Below, piece by piece: positions 40,566-52,013 of a stretch of DNA of 64,000 nt (position 1 is its first letter; every line of letters begins with the position of its first letter). Source of the stretch: Actinomycetota bacterium (GTDB lineage: Bacteria; Actinomycetota; Actinomycetes; S36-B12; UBA5976); the NCBI GenBank assembly GCA_041192345.1, contig JBEEND010000002.1, forward strand, positions 29,568 through 93,567, given 5' to 3'. The translations under genes were made by a program, and so were the position numbers. The notes beneath the pieces are model-generated. The model was not told the DNA's origin. It saw only the letters and a list, made by a program, of their open reading frames with translations, and made no database searches.

Positions 40566-41783
40566 ATGACAACCACTAACGAATACGGATACGTTGACGA
40601 AGCTGGAAACGTATTCCTAAATGGCACACCAGATCCGATAAAGGTTGGGCAGTACGCCGCGGGTGACCCAAGTGAGGGTCTGGCATTTTTTACTAAGCGT
40701 TATGAAGACCTTTTAGCCGAGATCGAACTGGCAGCAACTCGCCTTAAAGACGGTAAGGGCAACCTCGATACGGTTACTGCCTTAATTGAGCGAATTGAAA
40801 AGTCTCTGTCTGAACCAAATCTGCTCGGTGATCTAGAAAAAATTAAAGCTGGTAAAGAATCCTTGCTCGCAGGCTTTGCTGAGAAGAAAGCGGCTGCTGC
40901 TGCAAAGAAAACTGCGATTAAGGCAGCAGCGCTAGCTAGACGAGAAGAGTTGGTTGCACTTTCTGAATCTCTGGAGAAATCTAATGCCTGGAAAGTCACG
41001 GGTGAAAAGTACAAGGAGTTACTTGCCGAATGGAAGAGTCTGCCCACAACAGACCGCGCTAAAGAACAAGAACTTTGGAAACGCTTTAGCCATGCCCGCT
41101 CCGGTTTTGATAAAGCACGAAGAGCCTATTTTTCAACTCTGGATGCCAGTCGTACTCAGGCCGTATCTGCAAAGAAGTCACTGATCAAGAAGGCAGATGA
41201 ACTTGCAGGATCTTCGGATTGGGCAGCAACTACTGCGGCCTACAAAAAAATGATGGATGAATGGAAAACTTTAGCGCGAGCTGCAAAAGGTGAAGAAGAA
41301 AAACTTTGGGCTGAATTCAAAGCAGTCCAGGACAAGTTCTTCACTAATCGCAACGCTGCTAATTCTGTTCGAGAGGAAGAATTCACCAAAAACTTAGACA
41401 TCAAACTCGAGTTACTTAAGCGAGCCGAAGCCCTACTTCCAATTACCAGCGTTGATGCTGCTAAATCTGCACTCCGCGAGATCCAGGAAACTTGGGAGAA
41501 AACTGGACATGTTCCGCGCAACGATAAGGAAAAGATCGAGCGCCGATTAAAAGCTGTGGAAGATGCGATTCGTAAAGTCACAGAAGAGCAGTGGCACCGC
41601 ACTAAGCCTGAAGTCGTGCAGCGCGCTAACTCATTAGTAACTTCATTTGAGGCAAGTATCGCTAAGTTGGAAAAGCAGTTAGCTGCCGCAAAAGCAGGCG
41701 AAGAAGCAAAACTTTCCGCACAGTTAGTTCAAGCTAAAGAATTGTTAGCCGCAGCTCGATCTGGCGCCGAAACTCTAAAATAA
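40566..41783 (+). CDS. DUF349-domain protein
   Basis: Repeated helical DUF349 units (ELWKRFSHARSGFDKARRAYF; KLWAEFKAVQDKFF; ETWEKTGHVPR). ATG at 40566 with AAGAGGA SD. Confidence 0.7.
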   Translation: MTTTNEYGYVDEAGNVFLNGTPDPIKVGQYAAGDPSEGLAFFTKRYEDLLAEIELAATRLKDGKGNLDTVTALIERIEKSLSEPNLLGDLEKIKAGKESLLAGFAEKKAAAAAKKTAIKAAALARREELVALSESLEKSNAWKVTGEKYKELLAEWKSLPTTDRAKEQELWKRFSHARSGFDKARRAYFSTLDASRTQAVSAKKSLIKKADELAGSSDWAATTAAYKKMMDEWKTLARAAKGEEEKLWAEFKAVQDKFFTNRNAANSVREEEFTKNLDIKLELLKRAEALLPITSVDAAKSALREIQETWEKTGHVPRNDKEKIERRLKAVEDAIRKVTEEQWHRTKPEVVQRANSLVTSFEASIAKLEKQLAAAKAGEEAKLSAQLVQAKELLAAARSGAETLK

Positions 41784-41808
41784 TTTGAACTAAATTCGCT
41801 CGCACTTG

Positions 41809-44043
41809 CTATACGCGATAGACGTCGTAAACCCCATCAATGCCTCGAACGGCTCGTAGCACGTTATTTAAGTGTGAAGGATCTCCCATTTCAAAAGTAA
41901 ACCTGGATAACGCTACGCGGTCTTTTGTGGTGGTCACTGAGGCATTCAAAATGTTCACATGTTGATCAGAGAGCGTGCGCGTAACATCTGAAAGTAATCT
42001 TGCTCGGTCTAGAGCTTCAACTTGGATATTGACCAGGAAAATACTTGATTTTCCAGGCGTCCAAGCGACTTCAACTAGTCGTTCCGGTTGCTCACGCAAC
42101 GAGTCGGCATTCACGCAATCTGTTCGATGCACTGAGATGCCAGAGCCCCGCGTGACGAAACCCAAAACCTCATCACCAGGAACTGGTGTGCAGCAACGAG
42201 ACAATTTAACCCAAGTGTCATCAGCGCCAATTACGGTTATACCCGGATCTGGCTTGGCATCACGGCGATGCGCAACGCGTCCTGGCAGCACTTGCTCCGA
42301 GGCATCTTCATCGACTCTTTCGTCCCCGCCATGTAACGCAGTAAACCTTGTCACAACGGTCTGTGCGCCTAAATTGCCTTCTCCAACTGCCGCATAGAGC
42401 GCAGTGACGTCGCTGTAATTTGATTCAACTGCCAAAGTATTAAGCGCGCTATTTGTTAAGAGGCGAAGTGGTACACCCGCCTTTTTCATAGCCCGAATGA
42501 TTGCTTCTTTACCAGCTTCAATTGCCTCTTCGCGTCGCTCCTTAGAGAACCACGCTTTGATTTTAGATTTGGCGCGTGCGCTCGCAACAATGTTTATCCA
42601 GTCTTGCGAAGGACCAGCTGAATCTGATTTGTTAGTGATTATCTCGACGTTGTCGCCGTTTGTTAACTTGGTATCAAGAGGTGCAAGTTTGCCATTTATG
42701 CGGGCTCCAACGCATCGATTACCCACTTCGGTGTGCACACTGTACGCAAAATCAATTGGAGTACTTCCAGCCGGCAAAGCCATGACTTCACCTTTAGGAG
42801 TAAATACATAAACCTCTGAGGCGCCTAAGTCATCGCGTAATGAATCCATGAAGTCACCAGGATCTGCCGTCTCACGCTGCAAATCTAGAAGTTGGCGCAC
42901 CCAACCTAAGTCATCTGGTCCATCCTTACCTGCGACCCGATCTTGCTTGTAACGCCAATGCGAGGCGACGCCATATTCTGCTGCCCGATGCATCTCATGA
43001 CTGCGGATCTGAAATTCAACCGGCTTGCCGTTAGGGCCGATAACTGTCGTATGTAGTGACTGATACATCGTGAACTTTGGCATCGCAATGTAATCTTTGA
43101 ATCGCCCTGGAACTGGATTCCATCGACTGTGAATGATTCCAAGAGTTGCGTAGCAATCCCGGACACTCTCTACCAAGATGCGAACACCAATCAGATCATA
43201 GATGTCGTCAAAATCACGGCCGCGTACAATCATTTTTTGATAGATGCTGTAAAAATGTTTAGGTCGCCCAGAGACTATTGCCTCGATGTGGTTATCAGTT
43301 AAATCTTTGGTGAGGTCATCGACAATTGTGTGCAGACTTTCGTCGCGCGCCGGCGCGCGCTGCGAAACAAGTCGAGCAATCTCTTCACTCATCTTCGGGT
43401 AAAGCGAAGCAAATGCTAAATCTTCCAGCTCCCACTTAATAGAGTTCATACCCAAGCGATGTGCAAGGGGTGCGTAAATTTCGAGAGTCTCGCGGGCTTT
43501 TTGCTCTTGCTTCTCGACGGATAGATACGAAAGAGTTCGCATGTTGTGCAATCTATCCACAAGCTTTATCACCAGAACGCGGATATCTCGGGCCATTGCA
43601 ACAACCATCTTGCGCACAGTTTCTGATGCCGAAGCTTGACCATACTTGAGTTTGTCTAACTTAGTAACGCCATCCACTAAGCCAGCGATCTCATCGCCGA
43701 AGTCGGCGCGTAGGTGGTTTAAGTCGTATTCAGTATCTTCAACTGTGTCGTGTAGCAGTGCAGCAATAATTGTTGGCGTCGTCATACCTAGGTCCGCTAG
43801 CAAACCTGCTACGGCAATCGGGTGTGTTATGTACTGCTCACCCGATTTACGGTTCTGCAATCTATGGAAATAGTCCGCAGTTTGAAACGCCCGAACTACT
43901 TCACTGCGATCGCTGCCCGGGTGAAAACCCACCAGGGTGTTTATTACTTCACTGAGTTGATCCGGTATTGGGGTTTCTAAACCTTGTGGAAAGCGATCTT
44001 TTAAGGCCTGCACTAAGGGCGTGGCAGTGAGTTCACTGGTCAT
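41809..44043 (-). CDS. relA: Bifunctional (p)ppGpp synthetase/hydrolase RelA/SpoT homologue
   Basis: HD domain ([19 protein letters not shown]), synthetase (YQSLHTTV), TGS ([22 protein letters not shown]) and C-terminal ACT. Confidence 0.95.
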   Translation of the reverse strand: MTSELTATPLVQALKDRFPQGLETPIPDQLSEVINTLVGFHPGSDRSEVVRAFQTADYFHRLQNRKSGEQYITHPIAVAGLLADLGMTTPTIIAALLHDTVEDTEYDLNHLRADFGDEIAGLVDGVTKLDKLKYGQASASETVRKMVVAMARDIRVLVIKLVDRLHNMRTLSYLSVEKQEQKARETLEIYAPLAHRLGMNSIKWELEDLAFASLYPKMSEEIARLVSQRAPARDESLHTIVDDLTKDLTDNHIEAIVSGRPKHFYSIYQKMIVRGRDFDDIYDLIGVRILVESVRDCYATLGIIHSRWNPVPGRFKDYIAMPKFTMYQSLHTTVIGPNGKPVEFQIRSHEMHRAAEYGVASHWRYKQDRVAGKDGPDDLGWVRQLLDLQRETADPGDFMDSLRDDLGASEVYVFTPKGEVMALPAGSTPIDFAYSVHTEVGNRCVGARINGKLAPLDTKLTNGDNVEIITNKSDSAGPSQDWINIVASARAKSKIKAWFSKERREEAIEAGKEAIIRAMKKAGVPLRLLTNSALNTLAVESNYSDVTALYAAVGEGNLGAQTVVTRFTALHGGDERVDEDASEQVLPGRVAHRRDAKPDPGITVIGADDTWVKLSRCCTPVPGDEVLGFVTRGSGISVHRTDCVNADSLREQPERLVEVAWTPGKSSIFLVNIQVEALDRARLLSDVTRTLSDQHVNILNASVTTTKDRVALSRFTFEMGDPSHLNNVLRAVRGIDGVYDVYRV

Positions 44044-44081
44044 GTCGCCTCCTAATGCTTGGCTATAAGTCTATTTGCAAT

Positions 44082-44609
44082 CTAGAGAACTGCGAAGACA
44101 TCCACATTCGCATCGCGCAAAGCAACTTTGGCACTGCCACCAAGAAATGCCAGGTCCAGCAAAACCGAAATTCCCACAACAGTTGCTCCACATTCTTCAA
44201 TCAAGTCAATGGCTGCGCACGCCGTACCACCTGTGGCGAGTACATCGTCAACAATTAGCACTCGATCACTCTTAGTCAGGGCATCTTGATGAATCTCGAT
44301 TGAGTCAGCGCCGTACTCCAGCTCATAATCTGCGCGGAAAGTAGCCCGCGGAAGTTTTCCACTTTTGCGGATTGGTACAAAGCCTAAATCCATGTGTGTG
44401 GCAAGTGAGGCACCAAGAATGAATCCGCGCGCTTCCACGCCAACTATTCGAGTTATTTTGCTTTTGGAAAAGTGTTCAGCAATTTGCGAGTTAACCCACT
44501 TGGTAGCTGCTGGATCACCGGAAATTGGCGTTACATCTTTAAAGACCACACCAGGCAATGGGTAGTCCGGAATTTGTGCGATTAAAGCGAAGACCCCGGC
44601 ACGATCCAT
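44082..44609 (-). CDS. apt: Adenine phosphoribosyltransferase
   Basis: PGVVFKDVTPI and PRPP loop VLIVDDVLATGGT. Confidence 0.9.
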   Translation of the reverse strand: MDRAGVFALIAQIPDYPLPGVVFKDVTPISGDPAATKWVNSQIAEHFSKSKITRIVGVEARGFILGASLATHMDLGFVPIRKSGKLPRATFRADYELEYGADSIEIHQDALTKSDRVLIVDDVLATGGTACAAIDLIEECGATVVGISVLLDLAFLGGSAKVALRDANVDVFAVL

Positions 44610-44613
44610 TTAG

Positions 44614-45702
44614 TTAGTGCCCTGATCTACGTGATCGCGTCTTTTTTACGATCTGCTGCCGCGGTCCAGCCGCAGTAACTGTTGACACTCCTGATGCCAG
44701 CACTGGAGCAGCGACTTGTGCTTCAGAATTACCTTTGCGCCGGGCCGCTACGCGCTTAGCAAGAGCGATAGTTGCTGGCTGGCGTTCTTTGATTTGGCAT
44801 AACACTGGAGTCGCCACGAAAATTGATGAGTAAGTACCAACCAACATTCCAACGAACAGCGCAAGCGATAAGTCATTAAGAGTTCCAACACCAAGTAAGG
44901 AAACACCAACAACAAGAATCGAAAATACTGGAAGTAGCGCGACTATAGAAGTGTTGATACTTCGAACTAAAGTTTGATTAAGCGCAAGGTTTGCAGCTTC
45001 ACTATAAGTCGAACGCGATCCTCCATAAATTTCCTTGGTGTTTTCCTTGACTTTGTCGAATACCACCACGGTGTCGTAGAGCGAATATCCCAAAATTGTC
45101 AGGAATCCGATGACGCTTGCGGGCGTTACCTCAAATCCACTTAGTGCATAAATGCCAACCGTAATCAAAACATCGTGTGCCAACGCAACAAGAGCGCCAA
45201 CCGCCATAGGCCATTCAAAATAGATTGACAAGAAAATTGCTACTAAAACTAAAAATACGACCAGTGCTCGCGCGGCATTCTTGGAAACTTCATCACCCCA
45301 AGTTGGTCCAACTAACTGGACTTTTATGTCAGATTCAGTAACAGAAAATGATGCAGCAAGTGCCGCACTAAGCGCATTTGAGGCTTCCGTGGAAAGCGCT
45401 GGAGTTTGGATGCGAACTTTGTTTCCACCAATCACAGTCACCGAGGATGGAGTCTCGCCCGCTGCAATAACAACTTCGCGAGCTTGTGTGACTGATTGGT
45501 CGTCAGCAACGTCTAGCGGAACCGAGAATTCGGCTCCGCCCTTAAATTCAATTCCTAGATTAAGTTTTTGAACACCTAAAGTGGAAATTGATAACACAAT
45601 CAATATTGCTGAAATCAGGTACCAAGTTCTCCGACGGCCAACAATGTTTAGCGATACATCGCCTCGGTAAAGACTGTTTCCCAATTGACTCAAGTTAGCC
45701 AT
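44614..45702 (-). CDS. secF: Protein translocase subunit SecF
   Basis: GIEFKGG, six TM, DTVVVFDKVKEN. Confidence 0.9.
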   Translation of the reverse strand: MANLSQLGNSLYRGDVSLNIVGRRRTWYLISAILIVLSISTLGVQKLNLGIEFKGGAEFSVPLDVADDQSVTQAREVVIAAGETPSSVTVIGGNKVRIQTPALSTEASNALSAALAASFSVTESDIKVQLVGPTWGDEVSKNAARALVVFLVLVAIFLSIYFEWPMAVGALVALAHDVLITVGIYALSGFEVTPASVIGFLTILGYSLYDTVVVFDKVKENTKEIYGGSRSTYSEAANLALNQTLVRSINTSIVALLPVFSILVVGVSLLGVGTLNDLSLALFVGMLVGTYSSIFVATPVLCQIKERQPATIALAKRVAARRKGNSEAQVAAPVLASGVSTVTAAGPRQQIVKKTRSRRSGH

Positions 45703-47297
45703 TAGTTAACTCCTTCCTTTGCGCTGATAACCCCGAGTCGAGTTGGCGATACACCTGTCATTGCTGAACCTTTGTTCATCCACTTAGAAGACGCAAGCCT
45801 TGTTACCAGCGAGCGAGTGAATAAGAAGGCAACTGCAATGTCAACGAATGTAATCAAACCAAGAGTAAAGGCGAACCCGCGCACGCTTCCTACCGAAAGA
45901 TAGAACAAGATTGCTGCCGCAAGAAGTGAAACGAAGTCAGCCGCCAAAATCGTGCGTCTAGCTCTAATCCATCCTTGTTCAACTGCAACGCGTAATTTCT
46001 TACCTTCACGAATCTCATCTCGAATTCGCTCAAAATAAATAACAAAAGAATCTGCTGTAATACCAATAGAAACAATTGCACCCGCTACCCCAGCAAGCGT
46101 CAGCGTAAATCCGATACCGCGACCCAAAATAATGAACACGAAATACGTCATGGCTGCAGCCGCAAATAGGCTTACCACGGCAATTGCGCCTAGCGCGCGG
46201 TAGTAAAGCAGCAAGTAGATAATTACCAGCAACAAACCAAAGCCACCAGCGATTAATCCAGCCCGCAATTGATCTGCGCCAAGAGTTGGTGAAATCTGCT
46301 GTACTTCATCAACTTCCAAGCTCACCGGAAGCGCACCGTACTTTAAAACTTGAGCTAACGCGCGTGCTTCGTCTGCTGTGAATGATCCAGATATGACGGC
46401 TGAGCCACCAAGAATCGGTTCGTTAACAGATGGCGCGCTAATGACAACGCCGTCAAGCACGATAGCAAACTGATCATTTGGCGATTGTTGAGCCGAAAGA
46501 CTCTGAGTCGAAGTTGCAAACTTCTTTGCGCCTTCAGTTGTCATTAGTAGTTCAACCTGCCAGCCACCAGCGCCCTGCTGTGGAAGTCCTGCAGTGGCGC
46601 TTTCAATGTCGGTTCCAATTAGATCAGCTGGTGCTAAAACGTATTTGTATGATCCGTCGTCTTCGCAGGTTATTAAGTACTGGGCAGGGTCGTCCGTTGC
46701 GCCTTTAAGAATTTCTGAATTATTACAGTCCAGCGCAGTGAATCGATCCGAAAAATCTCCAGAGGCATCTGGTGATTGGATCGGAGGCAATAGTAATTCG
46801 GGCGCAACTGAGGCAGCTGGAGATGGTGATGGAGTTGGCGTTGGCGTTGCATCAACGGCCGGACTCTCGCTCGCACTTGCTGATGGAGTTGGCGAAGCAG
46901 TTGGTTGCGGCGTGCCAAAATCAATCGCAACCACTGGGCGGAAATTTAATTGCGCGGTTGTCTTTAGCTGATCCACTACTGTGCGACTAGTTTCACCTGG
47001 GATTGTGACAATAATTTTTGCAGAGTCGCCGGATCCTTGAATAGTTACTTCAGATTCCGCGACACCGAAACCATCTACGCGCTGGCGAATAATGGCAACC
47101 GTTTGATCCAGTTGTTCCTGGCTTAAAGTTTGTCCAGCAGCGACTTTTGGCGACAAAATAACTTGGGTACCACCGCGTAAGTCAAGGCCCAGCTTAGGAG
47201 AATGATTCTCACCAGGCAGGAAAGCCCATACCAACAACCCAACGAGTCCAAGAGTGAATATCAACAGTGATCGACCTGGACGGTAATGCTTAGCCAC
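45702..47297 (-). CDS. secD: Protein translocase subunit SecD
   Basis: LGLDLRGG, ADSFVIYFERIRDE, 1-nt overlap with secF, GTG start. Contains a Pro/Thr/Ser-rich linker (nt 46800-46913). Confidence 0.9.
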   Translation of the reverse strand: MAKHYRPGRSLLIFTLGLVGLLVWAFLPGENHSPKLGLDLRGGTQVILSPKVAAGQTLSQEQLDQTVAIIRQRVDGFGVAESEVTIQGSGDSAKIIVTIPGETSRTVVDQLKTTAQLNFRPVVAIDFGTPQPTASPTPSASASESPAVDATPTPTPSPSPAASVAPELLLPPIQSPDASGDFSDRFTALDCNNSEILKGATDDPAQYLITCEDDGSYKYVLAPADLIGTDIESATAGLPQQGAGGWQVELLMTTEGAKKFATSTQSLSAQQSPNDQFAIVLDGVVISAPSVNEPILGGSAVISGSFTADEARALAQVLKYGALPVSLEVDEVQQISPTLGADQLRAGLIAGGFGLLLVIIYLLLYYRALGAIAVVSLFAAAAMTYFVFIILGRGIGFTLTLAGVAGAIVSIGITADSFVIYFERIRDEIREGKKLRVAVEQGWIRARRTILAADFVSLLAAAILFYLSVGSVRGFAFTLGLITFVDIAVAFLFTRSLVTRLASSKWMNKGSAMTGVSPTRLGVISAKEGVN

Positions 47298-47371
47298 TTA
47301 TAAAAGCCTTTTCGTTAAGGATGCGGTTACTGCGCTGTGCGAATCAAACTGCTGACCCACAAATCACAAGT

Positions 47372-47395
47372 TTAGTGGGCATTTGCGCCCACTAA
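47372..47395 (-). terminator. Stem-loop between ruvB and secD (possible terminator or processing site)
   Basis: TTAGTGGGC-atttgc-GCCCACTAA, a perfect 9-bp stem with a 6-nt loop. Only a weak T-tract follows on the minus strand. Confidence 0.35.
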
Positions 47396-47406
47396 TTCAC
47401 CGCCCG

Positions 47407-48432
47407 TTAGTCGTCAAGCGGTAATTGATTAGGCAAATTCGGACATTTTCTACCAAGTGCAACCCAGGCAGCCGGTGTGGCAACACGTCCTCTTGGGGTG
47501 CGCGTTATGAAGCCTTGACGCACCAAGAAAGGTTCGCACACACTATCGACCGTTTCTGGCTCCTCACCTACTGCAAGTGCCAGAGTTGATAAGCCAACTG
47601 GACCGCCACCAAATTTATCAATTAACGCAATCAAAACTGCACGATCTAATCGATCAAGACCTAAGTCATCAACTTCGTAGAGCTCAAGAGCTGCTTGAGT
47701 TCGGGCAACCGTTAGTTCGCCATCATGATGAACCTGCGCGTAATCACGCGATCGGCGTAGCAACCGGTTTGCAATTCTTGGTGTGCCACGCGACCTGCGC
47801 GATAGCTCACTGGCTGATTGATCATCAATCTTGATGCGGAGCGCTTTAGCTGAGCGGTGCACTATCTGTTCAAGTTCATTTGGTTCGTAGTAATCCAAAT
47901 GAGCTGTGAAACCAAACCGATCACGAAGTGGTGCGGGCAACATACCAGCGCGCGTAGTAGCACCAACTAACGTGAAGGGTGGAAGTTCCAGCGGGATTGA
48001 AGTCGCGCCCGGTCCTTTACCCACCATGACGTCAACGCGAAAATCTTCCATAGCCAAATACATCATCTCTTCGGCAGCGCGCGACATCCGATGGATTTCA
48101 TCCAAAAATAAAACTTCACCGGGTATCAAACTCGAAAGTATGCTCGCTAAATCCCCCGCATGCTGAATCGTTGGTCCGCTTGTGATTCGAAGTGGCGCAC
48201 CAACTTCAGCCGCGATAATCATCGCCAAAGTGGTTTTTCCAAGACCAGGTGGTCCCGATAACAAAATATGATCAGCACTTGCATTTCGTTGTTTTGCTGC
48301 GCTCAACACCAAATTCAATTGATCCTTAACGCGTTGCTGTCCAACAAAATCAGCCAGCGAAGTAGGACGTAGCGCGGCGTCTGCAACTTTTTCCTGCTCG
48401 GCTAACGCAGGATTAACCATTCGCTCGCTCAT
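47407..48432 (-). CDS. ruvB: Holliday junction branch migration helicase RuvB
   Basis: [37 protein letters not shown]. Confidence 0.95.
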   Translation of the reverse strand: MSERMVNPALAEQEKVADAALRPTSLADFVGQQRVKDQLNLVLSAAKQRNASADHILLSGPPGLGKTTLAMIIAAEVGAPLRITSGPTIQHAGDLASILSSLIPGEVLFLDEIHRMSRAAEEMMYLAMEDFRVDVMVGKGPGATSIPLELPPFTLVGATTRAGMLPAPLRDRFGFTAHLDYYEPNELEQIVHRSAKALRIKIDDQSASELSRRSRGTPRIANRLLRRSRDYAQVHHDGELTVARTQAALELYEVDDLGLDRLDRAVLIALIDKFGGGPVGLSTLALAVGEEPETVDSVCEPFLVRQGFITRTPRGRVATPAAWVALGRKCPNLPNQLPLDD

Positions 48433-49025
48433 GCTCCTGCCAAAATCTGCAGCGCCCGACGAAGTAAATCTGAAGTTGCTCCCGGATCTTCAACGCCTTC
48501 TTCAATGACTGCAGAAATAGCTCGCTGGGCTTCGCGCGCATTCCAGCCAAGGCCAAGCAGACCCTGCTCGACTTGAGTTTGCCAATGGGCAGAGTTGCCA
48601 GTTGCCAGTGAGGCGCTACGTGAAGGTGTGCCGATTCGATCTTTTAATTCCAAAACGAGTCGCTGCGCGCCTTTAGCTCCCACTCCTGGAGTTTGCTTGA
48701 GTCTGGCAAGATCTTCATTGCCAATCGCAGTGCGTAGTTCGTCCGCTGGTAGCGCAGACAAAATGGTGAACGCCAACTTTGGACCAAAGCCGGAAACTCC
48801 TTGAACTACTTCAAACATCTCGCGGTCTTGGGCATAAGCAAATCCAAAAAGCGTCAGTGAATCCTCGCGCACAATCAGTGAAGTAAACAATGTTGTCTCT
48901 TGATTTACCCGAGCTTGCGAAATTGTGTTTGGAGCGCACATCACCATCATGCCAACACCGCCAACTGCGATCACTAGAGAATCTGGGCGAATTTCCAAGA
49001 CTGGACCACTTATAGAGGAAATCAT
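48429..49025 (-). CDS. ruvA: Holliday junction DNA-binding protein RuvA
   Basis: [12 protein letters not shown].., HhH motifs ([20 protein letters not shown]). ATGA overlap with the ruvC stop, so the 25-codon Cys/Arg-rich extension in the ORF track is rejected. Confidence 0.9.
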   Translation of the reverse strand: MISSISGPVLEIRPDSLVIAVGGVGMMVMCAPNTISQARVNQETTLFTSLIVREDSLTLFGFAYAQDREMFEVVQGVSGFGPKLAFTILSALPADELRTAIGNEDLARLKQTPGVGAKGAQRLVLELKDRIGTPSRSASLATGNSAHWQTQVEQGLLGLGWNAREAQRAISAVIEEGVEDPGATSDLLRRALQILAGA

Positions 49026-49549
49026 GACGCAACTACCACGGCATTCTTTTGCAGGTGCTGCGCAATTCTGGCATTGCCTTGGCCTTTCCATGCGTGACAA
49101 AGTGCAAGAGCTAACGCGTCAGCAGCATCTGCCGGGTTAGGTGCTTCTTTCAAATTCAAAAGTCTGGTGACCATGGCTGTGATTTGTGTTTTATCTGCTC
49201 GACCATAACCAGTCACGGCTGCCTTAACTTCAGTTGGTGTGTACATCGCAATATCAAGACCGCTCCGCGCAGCTATCAACATCGCAACTGCGCTAGCTTG
49301 CGCAGTTCCCATTGCACTTCGCACATTGTGCTGGCTAAAAACTCGCTCTATAGCAACTGCCTGCGGTTGATAGGTAACAAATAACTCGCGCAGTTCGGTT
49401 TCTAGTTCGAGCAAGCGCTGCGGCAAGTCGTTAGTTGGCGGCGTGCGAATCACGTGAACGGCAACAAAAGTAGTACGCCGATTACTGTCTAGATCAACAA
49501 TTCCAACACCACAGCGCGTTAGCCCTGGGTCGATACCTAAAATCCGCAT
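49022..49549 (-). CDS. ruvC: Crossover junction endodeoxyribonuclease RuvC
   Basis: [19 protein letters not shown] at 49549 has a GGAGGTGA SD 5 nt upstream. Confidence 0.9.
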   Translation of the reverse strand: MRILGIDPGLTRCGVGIVDLDSNRRTTFVAVHVIRTPPTNDLPQRLLELETELRELFVTYQPQAVAIERVFSQHNVRSAMGTAQASAVAMLIAARSGLDIAMYTPTEVKAAVTGYGRADKTQITAMVTRLLNLKEAPNPADAADALALALCHAWKGQGNARIAQHLQKNAVVVAS

Positions 49550-49557
49550 TTCACCTC

Positions 49558-49571
49558 CGAACATCTGTTCG
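49558..49571 (-). promoter_or_regulatory. LexA (SOS/Cheo) box upstream of ruvC
   Basis: CGAACATCTGTTCG, a perfect CGAAC-N4-GTTCG palindrome. It lies between a TAGGCT -10-like hexamer (49574-49579, minus strand) and the ruvC SD. Confidence 0.7.
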
Positions 49572-49643
49572 AAAGCCTATGCCATAAAAGCGCAAAAGTG
49601 GCGGATTTAATCACAAAGTGGACAACTTCAGAGTGTCGAAAGT

Positions 49644-49673
49644 GGAAAAATCCCGAAAATATCGATTTTTCGG
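49644..49673 (-). terminator. Rho-independent terminator after the yebC-like gene
   Basis: The minus strand reads CCGAAAAatcgatATTTTCGG followed by GATTTTTCC. It starts 3 nt after the stop codon. Confidence 0.55.
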
Positions 49674-49675
49674 TA

Positions 49676-50431
49676 CTACTCGACGGCTAGCTCAGCTAAG
49701 ACCGAATCGGAGATGTCGATGTTGGTAAACACATTCTGGACATCGTCCACATCTTCCAAAGCGTCAATCAAGGCAAAGACTTTGCGCGCAGTTTCAGCGT
49801 CTACTGGCACCGACATGTTTGGAACGAAAGTGGATTCGGCAGATTCGTAATCAATTCCAGCGGCCTGCAGCGCTTGGCGAACTGCTACAACATCCTTTGA
49901 ATCACTGATGATTTCCACACTCCCGCCATGATCATTAACTTCATCTGCGCCGGCCTCAAGAACCGCTTCGAAAATCTGCTCTTCAGTTGCCGCGCCTTGG
50001 GGCACCATTACAACACCTTTGCGTTCAAACATGTAAGAAACTGATCCTGGATCTGCCATAGTTCCGCCGTTACGTGTCACAGCAACCCGGGTATCTGAAG
50101 CTGCGCGGTTTCGGTTATCAGTAAGACACTCGATCAGCAAAGCAACGCCGTTTGGACCATAACCCTCATACATGATTGTTTGATAGTCCGCGCCGCCAGC
50201 TTCAACACCGGACCCGCGTTTTACGGCGCGATCAATGTTGTCATTTGGAACTGAGCTCTTCTTTGCTTTTGTGATTGCGTCATACAAAGTTGGGTTTGCT
50301 GATGTGTCACTGCCACCTAAGCGAGCTGCAACCTCAATATTCTTAACTAGCTTGGCGAACAACTTCCCACGGCGAGAGTCAATAACAGCTTTCTTGTGCT
50401 TAGTTGTCGCCCATTTTGAATGGCCGCTCAT
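49676..50431 (-). CDS. yebC: YebC/PmpR-family DNA-binding transcriptional regulator
   Basis: [28 protein letters not shown]. Confidence 0.9.
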   Translation of the reverse strand: MSGHSKWATTKHKKAVIDSRRGKLFAKLVKNIEVAARLGGSDTSANPTLYDAITKAKKSSVPNDNIDRAVKRGSGVEAGGADYQTIMYEGYGPNGVALLIECLTDNRNRAASDTRVAVTRNGGTMADPGSVSYMFERKGVVMVPQGAATEEQIFEAVLEAGADEVNDHGGSVEIISDSKDVVAVRQALQAAGIDYESAESTFVPNMSVPVDAETARKVFALIDALEDVDDVQNVFTNIDISDSVLAELAVE

Positions 50432-51033
50432 GCTGACCTCACCATTTCTACAAAATACTTATGTATTCGCAAATCAGACGTGATCTCAGGATGAAATGAC
50501 GTTGCCATGAGGTTACCTTGTCTTACGGCAACAATTTGTTCAGACCCAGTTAGTGACTGGTCCCCTGGAATTGCTGCTAAAACTTCCACAGCATCGCTTG
50601 CTGATTCCACCAGCGGCGCGCGAATGAAAATGGCGTGAAAATCAGGCTCACCGATTGCTGGAATCTTCAGATCAATTTCAAAAGAATCAACTTGGCGTCC
50701 GAAGGCATTTCTCTTCGCGGATATGTGAAGACCGCCGATAGTTTGTTGATCACTTCGACCATCAGTGATGGTGTCAGCCAACATGATTAATCCAGCGCAG
50801 GAACCATACATCGGGATTTGTGAACTAAGTTCCTGAAGCGGTTCGATCAATTGGTTTTTGACCGCCAAAATACTCATAGTCGTGGATTCGCCACCAGGGA
50901 TCACTAAGCCAGCTAGCCCAACGAGTTGCTCTGCAGTTTTTACCAGTCGGACTTGTGCTCCGAGTTCGGTAAGGCAATGTGCATGCTCTCGCACGTCACC
51001 TTGAATTGCGAGAACCCCAATAACTGGGGACAC
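50428..51033 (-). CDS. pdxT: Pyridoxal 5'-phosphate synthase glutaminase subunit PdxT
   Basis: [18 protein letters not shown] (nucleophile Cys), FHPE. Confidence 0.9.
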   Translation of the reverse strand: MSPVIGVLAIQGDVREHAHCLTELGAQVRLVKTAEQLVGLAGLVIPGGESTTMSILAVKNQLIEPLQELSSQIPMYGSCAGLIMLADTITDGRSDQQTIGGLHISAKRNAFGRQVDSFEIDLKIPAIGEPDFHAIFIRAPLVESASDAVEVLAAIPGDQSLTGSEQIVAVRQGNLMATSFHPEITSDLRIHKYFVEMVRSA

Positions 51034-51038
51034 GACAA

Positions 51039-51956
51039 CTACCAGCCACGCTCAGCTAAACGATGTGGCGCAGGGATGTCGGCAACATTGATGCCAACCA
51101 TTGCTTCACCAAGCCCACGTGTTGCTTTTGCAATTTCATCTGGGTTATCAAAGTGCAGAGTTGCTTGCACAATCGCGTTTGCTCGTTTAACTGGATCGCC
51201 TGACTTGAAAATTCCAGAACCAACGAAAACGCCATCTGCGCCGAGTTGCATCATCATTGCTGCATCAGCTGGAGTAGCAATGCCACCTGCAGTGAAAAGC
51301 ACAACTGGGAGTGCGCCAGTTTCAGCAACTTCGCAAACTAAATCATAAGGCGCCTGTAGTTCCTTAGCTGCAACGTAAAGTTCATCTTTACTCATTGAGG
51401 AAAGCTTTCGGATTTCACTCTTAATGGTTCGGATGTGCATAGTTGCATTTGAAACATCGCCAGTTCCCGCTTCACCCTTTGAGCGGATCATTGCAGCGCC
51501 TTCATTAATACGACGAAGTGCTTCGCCAAGATTTGTCGCACCACAAACGAAGGGAACCGTGAAATTCCATTTGTCGATGTGGTTGATGTAATCAGCCGGA
51601 GTTAGAACCTCTGATTCATCGATGTAGTCAACACCAAGACTTTGGATAACTTGGGCTTCAACGAAGTGACCGATTCGAGCTTTAGCCATAACTGGAATCG
51701 AAACTGCCTTAATAATTTCATCAATCATGTCTGGGTCACTCATGCGAGCTACCCCACCCTGCGCGCGAATATCTGCTGGAACGCGCTCAAGGGCCATAAC
51801 AGCAATAGCGCCAGAATCCTCGGCAATTTTTGCTTGCTCAACATTTACTACGTCCATGATGACGCCGCCTTTGAGCATGTCAGCCATTCCGCGCTTTACT
51901 CGGGTAGTTCCAGTTACGCCGGTCTTGGCTGCATCTTTCTTATCTACGTTGGCCAT
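51039..51956 (-). CDS. pdxS: Pyridoxal 5'-phosphate synthase lyase subunit PdxS
   Basis: [46 protein letters not shown]. Confidence 0.95.
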   Translation of the reverse strand: MANVDKKDAAKTGVTGTTRVKRGMADMLKGGVIMDVVNVEQAKIAEDSGAIAVMALERVPADIRAQGGVARMSDPDMIDEIIKAVSIPVMAKARIGHFVEAQVIQSLGVDYIDESEVLTPADYINHIDKWNFTVPFVCGATNLGEALRRINEGAAMIRSKGEAGTGDVSNATMHIRTIKSEIRKLSSMSKDELYVAAKELQAPYDLVCEVAETGALPVVLFTAGGIATPADAAMMMQLGADGVFVGSGIFKSGDPVKRANAIVQATLHFDNPDEIAKATRGLGEAMVGINVADIPAPHRLAERGW

Positions 51957-52013
51957 GATGTCCTCTTAAAGGTTGTTCGGGATTCCCAAGTCTAGTCACC
52001 CCTTGGAGATTCG

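Noticed and set aside
46800-46913. A low-complexity, quasi-repetitive stretch (TPxP/SPSP codons) that generates several overlapping ORFs.
   Set aside because: It encodes the Pro/Thr/Ser-rich periplasmic linker of SecD, which is common in actinobacterial SecD. It is not a DNA repeat array or CRISPR.
47298-47406. Searched for a yajC gene or small ORF between ruvB and secD. A 24-codon + strand ORF is present.
   Set aside because: The gap is too short for yajC. The 24-codon ORF has no SD and no conservation argument. Only the stem-loop is reported.
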